Shown piece after piece: positions 1-13,029 of a DNA stretch of 64,000 bases. Location: NCBI RefSeq assembly GCF_963921235.1, contig NW_026948250.1:62001-126000 (forward strand), in the 5' to 3' direction. Source of the stretch: Mobula hypostoma. Taxonomy: Eukaryota. Under the pieces are notes generated by a model. The model was not told the origin of the DNA. It saw only the letters and a list, made by a program, of their open reading frames with translations, and searched no databases. Position 1 is the stretch's first letter. Every line of letters begins with the position of its first letter. A program made the position numbers and the translations under genes.

Positions 1-2935
1 GGAGGGGGGAGTGAGAAGTGGAGGGGGGAGAGAGAAGTGGAGGGGGACAGAGAAGTGGAGGGGAAGAGAAGTGGAGGGGAAAGAGAAGTGGAGGGGAAAG
101 AGAAGTGGAGGGGGCGAGAGGAGGGGGAGAGAGAAGTGGAGGGGGAGAGTGAGAAGTGGAGGGGGGAGTGAGAAGTGGAGGGGGAGTGAGAAGTGGAGGG
201 AGTAGTGAGAAGTGGAGGGGACAGAGAAGTGGAGGGGGAGAGAGAAGTGGAGGGGGAGAGAGAGAAGTGGAGGGGGAGAGAGAAGTGGAGGGAGGAGTGG
301 GAAGTGGAGGGGGTAGTGAGAAGTGGAGGGGGAGAGAGAAGTGGAGGGAGGAGTGGGAAGTGGAGGGGGAGAGAGAAGTGGAGGGGGACAGAGAAGTGGG
401 AGGGGAAAGAGAAGTGGAGGGGAGAGAGAGAAGTGGAGGGGGAGAGTGAGAAGTGGAGGGGGGAGTGAGAAGTGGATGGGGGAGATAGAAGTGGAGGGGG
501 GAGAGAGAAGTGGAGGGGGGAGTGAGAAGTGGAGGGGGAGTGAGAAGTGGAGGGGGAGTGAGAAGTGGAGGGGGAGTGAGAAGTGGAGGGGGAGTGAGAA
601 GTGGAGGGGGAGTGAGAAGTGGAGGGGAAAGAGAAGTGGAGGGGAAAGAGAAGTGGAGGGGAAAGAGAAGTGGAGGGGAAAGATAAGTGGAGGGGAAGAG
701 AAGTGGAGGGGAAAGAGAAGTGGAGGGGAAAGAGAAGTGGAGGGGAAAGAGAAGTGGAGGGGTGAGAGGAGGGGGAGAGAGAAGTGGAGGGGGAGAGTGA
801 GAAGTGGAGGGAGGAGTGGGAAGTGGAGGGGGTAGTGAGAAGTGGAGGGGAGAGAGAAGTGGAGGGGGGAGAGAGAAGTGGAGGGGGAGAGAGAAGTGGA
901 GGGGAGAGAGAAGTGAAGTGAGAAGTGGAGGGGGGAGTGAGAAGTGGAGGGGGGAGATAGAAGTGGAGGGGGGAGAGAGAAGTGGAGGGGGGAGTGAGAA
1001 GTGGAGGGGGAGTGAGAAGTGGAGGGGGACAGAGAAGTGGAGGGGGACAGAGAAGTGGAGGGGAAAGAGAAGTGGAGGGGAAAGAGAAGTGGAGGGGAAA
1101 GAGAAGTGGAGGGGAAAGAGAAGTGGAGGGGAAGAGAAGTGGAGGGGAAGAGAAGTGGAGGGGAAAGAGAAGTGGAGGGGAAGAGAAGTGGAGGGGAAAG
1201 AGAAGTGGAGGGGGTGAGAGGAGGGGGAGAGAGAAGTGGAGGGGGAGAGTGAGAAGTGGAGGGAGGAGTGGGAAGTGGAGGGGGTAGTGAGAAGTGGAGG
1301 GGAGAGAGAAGTGGAGGGGGAGAGAGAAGTGGAGGGGGAGAGAGAAGTGAAGTGAGAAGTGGAGGGGGGAGTGACAAGTGGAGGAGGAGTGAGAAGTGGA
1401 GCAGGAGTGAGAAGTGGAGGAGGAGTGAGAAGTGGAGGGGGGAGTGAGAACTGGAGGGGAGTGAGAAGTGGAGGGGAGTGAGAAGTGGAGGGGAGTGAGA
1501 AGTGGAGGGGGGAGTGAGAAGTGGAGGGGAAAGAGAAGCGGAGGGGAAAGAGAAGTGGAGGGGGCGAGAGGAGGGGGAAAGAGAAGCGGAGGGGGAGAGT
1601 GAGAAGTGGAGGGGGGTGTGAGAAGTGGAGGGGATGTGAGAAGTGGAGGGGGGAGTGAGAAGTGCAGTGGGGGAGTGAGAAGTGGAGGGGGGAGTGAGAA
1701 GTGGAGAGGGGGAGTGAGAAGTGGAGAGGGGGAGTGAGAAGTGGAGAGGGGGAGTGAGAAGTGGAGGGGGGAGTGAGAAGTGGAGGGGGAGTGAGAAGTG
1801 GAGGGGGGGAGTGAGAAGTGCCCTGGTGTAGTGAGAAGTGGAGGGAGGAGTGGGAAGTGGCGGGGGGAGTGAGAAGTGGAGGGGAGAGAGAAGTGGAGGG
1901 GGAGAGAAGTGGAGGGGGAGAGAAGTGGAGGGGGAGAGAAGTGGAGGGGGAGAGAAGTGGAGGGGGGAGTGAGAAGTGGAGGGGGAGTGAGAAGTGGAGG
2001 GGGGAGTGAGAAGTGGAGTGGGGAGTGAGAAGTGGAGGGGGGAGTGAGAAGTGGAGGGGGAGTGAGAAGAGGAGGGGAAAGAGAAGTGGAGGAGGCGAGA
2101 GGAGGGGGAAAGAGAAGTGGAGGGGAGAGTGAGAAGTGGAGGGGGGAGTGAGAAGTGCAGTGGGGGAGTGAGAAGTGGAGGGGGGGAGTGAGAAGTGGAG
2201 AGGGGGAGTGAGAAGTGGAGAGGGGAGTGAGAAGTGGAGGGGGGAGTGAGAAGTGGAGGGGGGAGTGAGAAGTGGAGAGGGGGAGTGAGAAGTGGAGAGG
2301 GGGAGTGAGAAGTGGAGGGGGGAGAGAAGTGGAGGGGGAGAGAAGTGGAGGGGGAGAGAAGTGGAGTGGGGGAGTGAGAAGTGGAGCGGAGTGAGAAGTG
2401 GAGGGGGGAGTGAGAATTGGAGGGGGAGTGAGAAGTGCAGTGGGGGAATGAGAAGTGGAGAGGGGGAGTGAGAAGTGGAGGGGGAGTGAGAAGTGGAGGG
2501 GGGGTGAGAAGTGGAGAGGGGGAGTGAGAAGTGGAGAGGGGGAGTGAGAAGTGGAGAGGGGGAGTGAGAAGTGGAGGGGGGAGTGAGAAGTAGAGGGGGA
2601 GAGAAGTGGAGGGGGAGTGAGAAGTGGAGAGGGGGAGTGAGAAGTGCAGTGGGGGAGTGAGAAGTGGAGAGGGGGAGTGAGAAGTGCAGTGGGGGAGTGA
2701 GAAGTGCCCTGGTGTAGTGAGTAGTGGAGGGGGGAGTGAGAAGTGCCCTGGTGTAGTGAGAAGTGGAGGGGAGAGAGAAGTGGAGGGGGGAGAGAAGTGG
2801 AGGGGGAGAGAAGTGGAGGGGGAGAGAAGTGGAGGGGGAGTGAGAAGTGGAGAGGGGGAGTGAGAAGTGGAGAGGGGGAGTGAGGGTGGAGGGAGAAGAG
2901 GGAGGGTGAAGAGGGGGGAGTGAGAAGGGGGTGAG
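1..2935. repeat. G/purine-rich minisatellite, ~16-20 bp unit (GAGAAGTGGAGGGGG(G)AGT)
   Basis: Tandem GAGAAGTGGAGG core seen directly; the ORFs here are only EKWRG/RSGGG repeats. Confidence 0.95.
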
Positions 2936-4099
2936 TGGATGAGGGAGAGTTATTGGGGAAATGAGAGGGTTCTGTAGGGAGAGGGCAACGATTCTTTCCT
3001 TTTCCCCCTCCTCTCCTCTCCTACCACACCCTGCCCCCACTTCTTTCTTCTCCCCCTCCCGTCCAGTGACGACGAAAGGGAGAGAAACCCATTCATTGCA
3101 GTTTTTCTGACGCAAGACCACATGCTCAGGGTGTGTTCACAGCCAGCTCTTCAAAGTCAAACAGACCATTGCCTGCTCAGGAACTCAAGGCAGTCTCCCA
3201 CACGCAAACACACACCCCCCGAGCTCACCGATCACATTGGCTCAGGCAGAACTACGCCTCAAACAGGCAGAACCTGCACATCTAGTCCTCTGTCAACCCA
3301 TGCACTCGCTGTGAACCCGAGCAGCACCAACAAAACCTCCTCCCGAGTCTGTGACCCCTCACTCCCCGAGTCTGTGACCCCCCACACTCCCCGAGTCATT
3401 AACCCCCCACATTCCCTGAATCGTTAATCCCCCACACTCCCCGAGTCTGTCATCACCCACACTCCACCGTCTCCATCACCCCCTCCCTCCCCTACACCCC
3501 AGCCAGCGTTCCCTGTTGGCCTCCGCTACCTTCGCAATCTCCAGTGGCTGCAGTCCGGATCAGTTGGGTTTCGGGAAAGTGTTTTAGCATGAAACTGGGC
3601 GGCAGTTTTCCCAGAAACAGCGCGGCCTCTCGGGGTGGGGGCGGGGAGGGGAGGCGGGGGAGGTGTGGAAATTGCCTCCTCGTGTTTTACCGGCTGGGGG
3701 TCTGTGACTGGGAACTGGGAACACCTAGTTTCCCTGGAGCGAAGGTCTTCCGAGCAGCCCGGTGGCCGAGGCGGACGGCGAGTGGTTGAGGCAGGGATAT
3801 CAGCCCCTCGGAGGTCCCTCAAGTCGCTTACATTAGGGCAGGGTGCGGGTGGGGCCCCAGGGCTGCGGTTCCATTTACCAGAAACCCGAAGGCAAGGGCT
3901 GATAAGGGTCACCGAGAAGTCAAACAGGGCCCTTCCGGCCGGAAGCGTTTCAGCTTCCTAGCCTGCCACAACCCACCCCCCCACTCCCATCCAGGTACCT
4001 GTCCGAACCTCCCTTCAACGTTGAAATCGTTCCGCACTCTGGGTGACAAAGTTTCCCCTCCCCCCACCCGCCTTAAACCTTTCACCTTTCACCCCGGAC

Positions 4100-7000
4100 C
4101 CGCGACCTCTGCTTGTGATTGTCCCACCCAACCTCAGTTTAAAAAGCCTGCTTGCGCTCACCCTACCTGTACCCCTCGTAATTGCCTCTCACAGATCTCC
4201 TCTTAGTCTTCTACGTCCCAAGGAATAAAATCCCAACTTATTCAACCTTTCCTTACTACACTATTCCTCCAGACAAGGCGACAAGCTTGGAAATTTTCTC
4301 CATGCTCTTTCGACCTTTTCTATGTCTTTCCCGTTCATAAGTGACCGAAGGGGCACACAATCCTCCAAATTAGGCCTCACCAGTGTCTTGTCCAACTTCA
4401 ACATCCCCTTTCCTGTACTCAGTACGTTGATTTGTGAAGGCCAAGGTGCCCGAAGGTTTCTTTACGACCCTGTCTGCCTGTGACACCACTTTCCATGAGT
4501 TATGGACCTGTGTTCCCAGATCCCTCTGTTCTACCACACTCCTCAGTGCCCCACCGTTCACTGTGTCTGACCTACCCTGGTTGGTCCTACCAAAGTGCAG
4601 CTCCTCGCACTTGTCTGCGTTGAATTCCCATCTGCCGCTTTCTCAATCCATGTTTTCCCGCTGGTCCAGGTCCCACTGCAAAGGTTTGATCGCCTTCCTC
4701 GCTGTCCACGACTCCCCCAATCTTGGTGTCACCCGCAAATTTGCCGACCCAGTTCACCGCGTTATCACCCAGACCGTTGATCTAGACGACAGACAACAAC
4801 GGACCCAGATCCGATCCCCGCGGCACTCCACTGGTCACCAGTTTCGAGAGGCAGCTATCTACTACCACTCTTTGGCTTCTCCCAAAGCCAGTGTCTTATC
4901 CAATTTACTATCTCATCTTGAATGCTGAGTGACCGAACCTTCTTGACCAAACTCCCATATCAGACTTTGTCAAGCACCTTGCTAAAGTGCATGTGAACAA
5001 CATCCACTGCCTTGCCTTCATCCACTTTCCTGATAACTCCACGGAAGACTCTATGAGATTGGTTAGAGACACGACCTACCACACATAAAGCCACGGAGAC
5101 TATTCTTAATCGGTCCCTGTCTATCCAGATACTCATATATCCGGTCCCTTTGGAATACCTTCCAATAACCTCCCCACAACTGACATCAGACTCACCGGCC
5201 TGTCATTTCCTGGTTTGTGTTTTGAGCCTTTCTCAAACAGCAGAACAACATTGGCTGTCCTCCAATCCTCTGGTCCCTCACCTGTCGCTGAGGAATGATT
5301 TAAATCTCTCTGTCTGGGCCCTGGCGATTTCTGCACTTGCCTCCCGTAGGGTCCGAGGGAGCACCTTGTCAGGCCCTGGGGATTTATCCACCCTCAGGGT
5401 AGCAAACACCTCCTCGTCTGCCATCTGTACAGGGCCCATGAAGTTGAGGCCACTTTGCCTCTCTTCCACAGTCTCTGTGTCCGTCTCCCGAGTAAATACA
5501 GATGCAAAATATCTATTTAAGATTTCCCCCCATCTCTTTTGTCTCCCCATATGGATTACCAGTCTGATCTTCCAGAGGACCAATTCTGTCCATTGCAATC
5601 TTTTTGCTCTTAAGATATCTGTAGAACCCCCCTGGGATTCTCCTTCACCTCGTCTGCCTTCTTTTAGCCCTCTTGATTTCCTTCTTAAGTGTTCTCTTCC
5701 GTGTCTTACTCTCTATATTCCTACCTACTTCCCTTTTTGTCTCTTAACCAGGGCCTCCCACACCTCTTGAAAACCGGGGTTCTCTGCGCTTGTTATCTGT
5801 CCCTTTTGTTCTGAGCGGCACGTACAAGCTCTGTACTCTCAAATTATCACGCTTGGAGGCCTCCCGCTTTCCAGACTACACCTTTGCCAGAAAACAGCCT
5901 GCCCCACTCGCCAGATCTTTTCTGAAAGCCCTTTCTCCAATTCAGAATCACAACCTGCGGACCAGCCCTGTCACTTTGCAAATGTACTTTTGAACCTATT
6001 GGCACTGTGGTCACTGGATGCAAAGCATTTTCCCCCGCTACACGAACCTCTGTCGCCTGCCCTGTCTCGTTCCCAAACAGCAGATCAAGTGTCGCAAACT
6101 CTCTCTCACTGGGACTCCCACGTACTGATGAAAGAAGCTTCCCTCAGCACCTCCGACAAATTCCAACCCACCCGGTTCTTTTACCGTCTCCGCCAGTATG
6201 TGGAAAGTTAAAATCACCTGCTATAACAACTTTATGCTCCCTGCATTGGTCTGAGATCTCTCTGCAAACCTGTTCCTCTGAGCCCCTCGGACTATTGGCT
6301 GGCCTGTGAGACAGCAACATTAATAGAAACATAGAAAATAGGTGCAGGAGTAGGCCATTCGGCCCTTCGAGCCTGCACCGCCATTCAGTATGATCATGGC
6401 TGATCATCCAACTCAGAACCCTGTACCAGCCTTCCCTCCATACCCCCTGATCCCTTTAGCCACAGGGCTCATATCTAACTCCCTCTTAAATATAGCCAAT
6501 GAACTGGCCTCAACTGTTTCCTGTGGCAGAGAATTCCACAGATTCACCCCTCTGTGTGAAGAAGTTTTTCCTAATCTCGGTCCTAAAAGGCTTCCCCTCT
6601 ATCGTCAAACTGTGACTCCTCGTTCTGGACTTCCCCAACATCGGGAACAACTTTCCTGCATCTAGCCTGTCCAATCACTTTAGGATTTTATACTTTCAAT
6701 AAGATCCCCCCTCAATCTTCTAAATTCCAGAGAGTATAAGCCTAGTCGATCCAGTCTTTCATCATATGAAAGTCCTGCCATCCCAGGAATCAATCTGGTG
6801 AACCTTCTTTGTACTCCCTCTATGGCAAGGATGTCTTTCCTCAGATTAGGGGACCAAAACTGCACACAATACTCCAGGTGTGGTCTCACCAAGGCCTTGT
6901 ACAACTGCAGTAGTACCTCCCTGCTCCTGTACTCGAATCCTCCTGCTATAAATGCCAGCATACCATTCGCCTTTTTCACCGTCTGCTGTTACCTGCATGC

Positions 7001-7420
7001 TACTTAATGTTCAGTTCCACCCATTACGCCTCACTGGATGAGTTCTTCACCCTGCCCTGCCTGAGCACGGCCGTTTCATTTTCCCTGACTGGTAACCCCA
7101 CCCCTTCTCCTTTAACCTCTCCGGCTCTGTCGCGTCTAAAGCAACGGGACCCCCGGGACGTCGGGCAGCCCCTCCTGCAACCCAGTCTCACGAGAGGCTG
7201 CGGCGTCATAATTCCAGGTGCTCCCCACGCCCTGAGCTCGTCCGCCTTTCCTCCGATACTTCTCGCATTGACACACAGGCAGCCACGGACCCCCATCGCA
7301 CCGTGCTCGACCTTTTGATTCTTGACCTTGCCTGAGGTCTCGCCAACACCCGCCTCCACAACCTCTCCTCTCACTGTTCTGTCGTGCTGGCTCGCATCCT
7401 AGTTTAAACCACCCTTGCCC
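4100..7420 (-). mobile_element. Degraded CR1-type LINE ORF2 (endonuclease + reverse transcriptase), interrupted by a younger CR1
   Basis: Minus-strand fragments CLCVNARSIGGKADEL and VVIAGDFNFP (APE endonuclease), DKSPGPD, PEDWRTANVVLLFEKG..PGNDRPVSLMSVVGRLLE and QRDLGTQVHNS. Many frameshifts. Confidence 0.9.
6325..7003 (-). mobile_element. Younger 5'-truncated CR1 LINE 3' end nested in the older CR1
   Basis: Clean ORF KKANGMLAFI..LYKALVRPHLEYCVQFWSP..RRLRGDLIE plus a (TTCTATGT)-type tail. Candidate target-site duplication TTAAT at 6320-6324 and 7004-7008. Confidence 0.9.
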
Positions 7421-7499
7421 CCACTCCCATGCACCGCTTAAGAGAGACGAAAAGGTAGAAGTGTGGTAACTATTCAGGAATTCCCATTACTTTCCGGGG

Positions 7500-8165
7500 A
7501 ATATCCAGAAGTACTGATTCAGGGTCTGGGGCATATCTTCGTACTAATTCAGGGTCCGGGGTGAATACCCGACAGTATTGATTCAGGGTCCGGGGTGAAT
7601 ACCCGACAGTATTGATTCAGGATCCGGGGTGAATACCCGACAGTATTGATTCAGGGTCCGGGGCAGATATCCTACAGTATTGATTCAGGGTCCGGGGCAG
7701 ATATCCTACAGTATTGATTCAGAGTCCAGCGAATATCCTACAGTATTGATTCAGGGTCCGGGGCAGATATCCTACAGTATTGATTCAGGGTCCGGGGCAG
7801 ATATCCTACAGTATTGATTCAGGGTCCGGGGCAGATATCCTACAGTATTGATTCAGGGTCCGGGGCAGATATCCTACAGTATTGATTCAGAGTCCAGCGA
7901 ATATCCTACAATATTGATTCAGGGTCCGGGGCAGATATCCTACAGTATTGATTCAGGGTCCGGGGCAGATATCCTACAGTATTGATTCAGGGTCCGGGGC
8001 AGATATCCTACAGTATTGATTCAGAGTCCAGCGAATATCCTACAATATTGATTCAGGGTCCGGGGCAGATATCCTACAGTATTGATTCAGGGTCCAGGGC
8101 GAATATCCTATAATATTGATTCAGGGTCTGGGGTGAATATCCTGCCGCATTGATTCCAGGTCTGG
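7500..8165. repeat. 34-bp minisatellite (CAGTATTGATTCAGGGTCCGGGGCAGATATCCTA)
   Basis: About 19 tandem units seen directly. Confidence 0.95.
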
Positions 8166-8564
8166 GGAACATCTGTTTGGGCAGGAGGGGCCCGTCAGTC
8201 CGAATAGGGGAAGGGAAGCTCCGATTTTAAACCTCCGCCTGTGGGGAAGGCTTTGGGAGTAGACCCCGAGGAAGAAATCCGGAGCTGGGGGGGGGGGGGC
8301 GTCCCTGAGACAGTTTGACGTCGCTCACAGCTTCACTCTGGCAACCTCCGCGACGACGCTGGTGCCAAGCCATAGGCATCGACGGCTGCCCACTGCTACT
8401 GAGCGCCAGAGTACTGCAAGCGGTTTTGGGGGGGTGGGGGGGGACAGACAACGTTGGTCTGCTGTGTGAGAGAAATGCTAAAACTGAGCCGGGAAATTAC
8501 AGGCCAACGAGTCTGATATCAACAGCTGGCAAAGTATTGGAGGTTGTTTGAAGGAATGGGAAAC

Positions 8565-9390
8565 ATAAGACCATAAGACACAGGAGCAGAATTCGGCCAC
8601 CCGGCCCATCGAGTCTGCTCCACCATTCAATCATGGCTGGTCCTTTTTTTCCCCTCCTCCTCAACCCCAGTTCCCGGCCTTCTCCCCGTAACCTTTGATG
8701 TCGAGAACCTATCGATCTCTGCCTTAAATGCACCCAACGACCCGGCCTCCACAGGTGCACGTGGCAACAAATTCCACAAATTCACCACCCTTTGGCTAAA
8801 GAAATTTCTCCACATCTCTGTTTTGAAAGGTCGCCCCTCTACTCTAAGGCTGTGCCCTCTTGTCCTAGACTCCCCCACCATGGGAAACACCCCCCACCCC
8901 CATCCTTCTGAATTCCAGCGAGTACAGACCCAGAGCCATCAAACTTTCCTTTCATTCCTGGAATCATCCTTGTGAACCTCCTCGAGACCCTCTCCAATGA
9001 CAGCACATCTTTTCTAAGATGAGGGGCCCAAAATGGTTCACAATATTCAAGGTGAGGCCTCACCAGTGTCTTATAAAGCCTCAGCATCATATCCCTGCTC
9101 TTATGTTGAAGACCTCGTAAAATGAATGCTAACATGGCATTTGCCTTCCTCACCACGAACTCAACCTGCAAGTTAACCTTCAGGATGATCTGCACGAGGA
9201 CTCCCAAGTCCCTTTGCACCTCAGATTTTTTGATTTTCTCTCCATTTCACTACCAAAGTGCATCACCGTGCATTTTCCAACACTGCATTTCATTTGCCAT
9301 TTTCTTGCCCATTCTCCTAATCTGTCCTAGTCCTTCTGCATCCCACCTGTTTCCTCAACACTACCTGCCCCTCCGCCAATCTTCGTAATA
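8565..9390 (-). mobile_element. CR1 LINE 3' fragment
   Basis: QRDLGVLV..KANAMLAFI..LYKTLVRPHLEYC and TRGHSLRVEGRPFKTEMWRNFFSQRVVNLWN; tail ACATAAGACCATAAGAC. Confidence 0.9.
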
Positions 9391-9394
9391 AGCA

Positions 9395-10330
9395 CAGTGG
9401 ATCCTGGTTAATTGGGCAGTTAACTACTCAGTAAATGGGTTAATCAGTTAATTAATTGGGCAGCTAAGTTCCGGTTAATTAATCAGACTTTGCGGGAGGC
9501 ACAAGGGTTAATTGGGGCCGATGCCGATTTGGGAAAGAACCAAAAAAAAAAACTGATCAAGGGAATAGCCAGGATTCCTTCTGTCCATTTGGGACACTAT
9601 GCCCCTTAATCGGGACAGGAGGCAGTTGCCGAACAGTTTCTGACCGGGTGTCAAGTCACGTGCTCTCGTGAGGCCGTTTGACACTGTGCTTAGAGGGAGC
9701 GGTCTATAAATAGCGTCATTTCCATGTGCTCGTATTCCTAAAGAGCAGTGATTTTTTTTTTTTTTTGGTCAGTGATAGTTGCCAAGAAATAAGAGCCAGG
9801 GCAAACCATCTGGGGCCTGTCCTGCACAGTGCTGCTTCATGGGCTCGGAGACGTGAAAATGAAACCACTTCGCCACCTCAACAAGTCGGTGGCGGGGCGG
9901 GGGGGGAGGGCAATGAAGAATTTGAAGGCATCGGCAACCACCTTGAATGTTACAATGAAAACGAAGATTTGGAGGACGCAATTGCAGGAAGGCGGCGCGT
10001 CTGTGTCTGAGCTGATTTTGTTCACTCGTGGCCAATCAAAAGAGTGCGGCAGTGTATGCTGGGTGAAAACGTTTGCTGGTAACTATCCCGGAGCTAATAC
10101 ACAGCTTTATAGTGCTGTAGTAGCATTGGCAGTGTTCCAGTTTGTTCTGTATTCCGCACTAAGTGCATAATTTGTTACCCCGTTAAACGGTAGTTTTTTT
10201 TCTCTCTCTTTTTTTTGTCTAACTTCTTAAACTAGTTCCACGAAATCTTTGGCTAGGTTGGGGGCGGCCGCTCAGTTGGGCCAAACTGTACTGGTCCCGA
10301 CGAGTCCCAGATACCCGAAATCCGTATGGT
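9395..10330. mobile_element. Probable non-autonomous DNA transposon (Tc1/mariner-pogo-like) with degenerate terminal inverted repeats
   Basis: AT-richer block interrupting the plus-strand CR1. It begins CAGTGGATCCTGGTTAATTGGG and ends in a degenerate inverted match (..CCCAGATACCCGAAATCCGTATG). The family assignment is inference. Confidence 0.5.
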
Positions 10331-11620
10331 ACTTGGCTAAGCAGGGACGGAGGAGGGGGTGGACAACAGAGCTTTACGCTGCGGACGCCTGACCAATCTT
10401 GCGGCGATCTTTGAGGGAGTTACCGGGAAGGTCCACGACCGGCAAGGCGGCGTGGGTGCCGTCTACACAGACTTTAGGAGGCCCTTCGATGAGTTCCTGC
10501 ATGGGCAGCTGGCAAAGAAGGTTCTGTCGCCCGGCATGCGGGATGAGGTAGTAAATTGGATTGGTAGTAGATAGTTGCCTCTCTGACTGGAGGCCTGTGA
10601 CCAGCGGAGAGCCGCAGGGATCGGAGCCGGGTCCGTTGTGGTTTGTCATCTAGATCAACAGTCTGGGTGATAATGCGGTGAACTGGGTCGGCAAATTTGC
10701 AGGTGTCACCAAGATTGGGAGAGTAGTGGTCAGCAGGGAAGGCTATCAAGGCTTGAAGAGGGATCTGGACCAGCGGGAAAAGAGGGATTGAGAAAGCGGC
10801 GGACGGGAATTCAATGCAGACAAGTGCGAGGAGCTGCACTTTGGTAGGACCAACCCAAACTAGCCGAAGTTTTCATGGAACTAGTTAAAAAGTTGGACAG
10901 AAAACCGCACAGGGAAGAGAACTAAAGGAATCTGGGAATACCGGTTCATAATCCCTTGAAAGTGGTGGCAAGGTAGACGGGAATATAAAGAAAGCTTTTG
11001 GCGCGTTCATCAGTCTGTGCAATGAGTACAGGAGATGGGCTGTTACGTTGAAGTTGGGTGAGATCTTGCTGAGGCCGAATTCGGAGTACTGTGTGCAGTT
11101 TTTGGCAACCTGTCCTGCAGGGAAGGTATCAATAAGATCGAAAGAGGCGCGGCCGAAAGTTTACAAGGATGTCGCCGGGCCCCCGAGGAGTTGTAGGGAA
11201 AGGTCGAACAGGTTTGGACTCAATTCCCTGGAGCGTCGGAGAGAGGGGAGGGGGGAGATTTCATAGTCATAGTCATACTTTACTGATCCCAGGGGGAAAT
11301 TGGTTAAACGGTTTGACGGAGGGGCGCAAAATTCCGAGGGCCTTTCCCGCTGAGGTTTGGGTGGGACTCAATCCAGAGGTCAGGGGTTAAGGGTGAAAGG
11401 TGGAATGCTGAAGGGGAACACGAGGGAGGCGTTCTTATTCACTCGGAGGGTGCGGGGTGATCTGCCAAGTGGGGGATGCAGGGTCAATTTCACGTTTCAG
11501 AGAGGTTCAGTTCGATGGCAGAGGTGTGGAGAGCCGCGGGGAGGGTCCGACGGAGCTCGGCACAGTAACAGTTCAGCAGCGACCGTTTTGCCCGCAGAGT
11601 CCGGCAGGTGTTTGCTTTAC

Positions 11621-11774
11621 CTGTGCAGAGGTGTGAGTAGAAGCCCTCCTTCGTCAGCATGAGGAGGAGGGAGGCCCATCCCAGCAGCACGGCGGAGAAG
11701 AGGAGGTTTTCGATCACCGCCGTAATCGCCATCCACCAGCGCCTTCGGTAGGCCTGAGAGAGAGAGGGGGCCAT
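11621..11774 (-). CDS. SLC43A1: SLC43 L-type amino acid transporter (LAT3), first coding exon
   Basis: Encodes [51 protein letters not shown], the SLC43A1/A2 N-terminus plus TM1. Acceptor ccccag|GTATG and donor ACAG|gtaaag (phase 1, 154 nt coding). The QAYRRRWW motif and proximity to SERPING1 favour A1 over A2. Confidence 0.88.
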
Positions 11775-12729
11775 ACCTGGGGGACGGAGAGAGGGAGAGA
11801 GAGGGGGGAAGGTTAGTGGGAGCAAGAGAGAGCGAGCGATCACGGGGGCGAGTGAGAGGGGATGTGAGAGAGGGCTAGAGAGAGTGACAGAACGAGAGAG
11901 TGAGAGAGAGAGAGGGGAGGTGAGTGGGAGTGAGGGAAGCAAGAGAGAGTGAGAGGGGCTGTGAGAGAGGAGGAGGAGAGAGGAGGGGGGGCAAGTGAGA
12001 ATGGGAAAAAAGGAAAGGTGAGTGGGAGTGAGAGAGCGGGGGGGTTGTGAGAGGAGGGTGTGTGTATGTAAGAGAGAGAGAGAACTAGAGAGCAAAAGAG
12101 AGTGGAAGAATGAGGGGGTGAGTGCGTGGGGGAGAGGGAGGGAGGAGGGGAGGGGGAGAGGGGGAAGGGAGAGGAAAAGGAGGGGAGAGGGGGTACAGGG
12201 GAGGGGGAAGAAGGGGAGAGGGAAGAGGGGAAGAAGAGGGGAGGGGAAGGGAAGAAGAGGGGGAGGGGAAGTGGGGGAGGGGAAGAGGGGGGAAGAAGAG
12301 GTGGAGGGGGAAGAGGGGGAGGGGGAAGAGGGGGAGGGGGAAGAGGGNNNNNNNNNNNNNNNNNNNNNNNNNNNNNNNNNNNNNNNNNNNNNNNNNNNNN
12401 NNNNNNNNNNNNNNNNNNNNNNNNNNNNNNNNNNNNNNNNNNNNNNNNNNNNNNNNNNNNNNNNNNNNNNNNNNNNNNNGAAGGAAAGGGGGAGGGGGAA
12501 GAAGGGGAGAGGGAAGAGGAGGGGGAGGGGGAAGAGGAGGCGGTGGGGGGTGAAAGGGGAGGGAAGAGAGGGGGAAGAAGGGGGAAAGAGGGGGAAGGGG
12601 GGAAGAGAGGGGGAGGGGCAGAGGGGGGAGGGCAAGAGAGAGGGAGGAAGAGGGCGCTGTATGTGGGTAGAACACATTAGCAGAAGTGGTGGAGGCAGGT
12701 AGCAGGAGGAACACCTTGACAGGTACACA

Positions 12730-12932
12730 GATAAGAAACAAGAGAGAATCTGCAGAAGCCAGAGATCTGAACAACAGACCCGAAATTCGGCAGGTCGGGC
12801 AGTGTCTATGGAAAAGAGTCAACAGTCAATGTTTCAGCCCGAAACCCATCGGCAGGCCGGCTGCACTTTTTTTTTCCAACAGATGCTGCCTGGCCTGCCA
12901 AGTTCCTCCAGCATTTTGTGTGTGTGTGCGTG
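12730..12932. mobile_element. Short degenerate palindromic interspersed repeat
   Basis: Arms GCAGGTCGGGCAGTGTCTATGGAAAAGAG and TTTTCCAACAGATGCTGCCTGGCCTGC are imperfect inverted repeats, ending ..CCAGCATTTTGTGTGTGT. Confidence 0.5.
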
Positions 12933-13029
12933 ACACAGATAAGAAAGGATTTTTTTTAAAAAGAGGGGTCGGGAAAAATGTAGGCACCTGGGACCGGGCT
13001 TAAATGGGAATCTTGGCCTGCACGGAGCA

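Larger units (their letters stand above)
8440..11530 (+). mobile_element. Old plus-strand CR1 RT remnant split by two later insertions
   Basis: EPGNYRPTSLISTAGKVLE (8460-8550) continues as LTNLAAIFEGVT..AVYTDFRRPFD (10360+) and LLRPNSEYCVQF (11050+). Confidence 0.8.
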
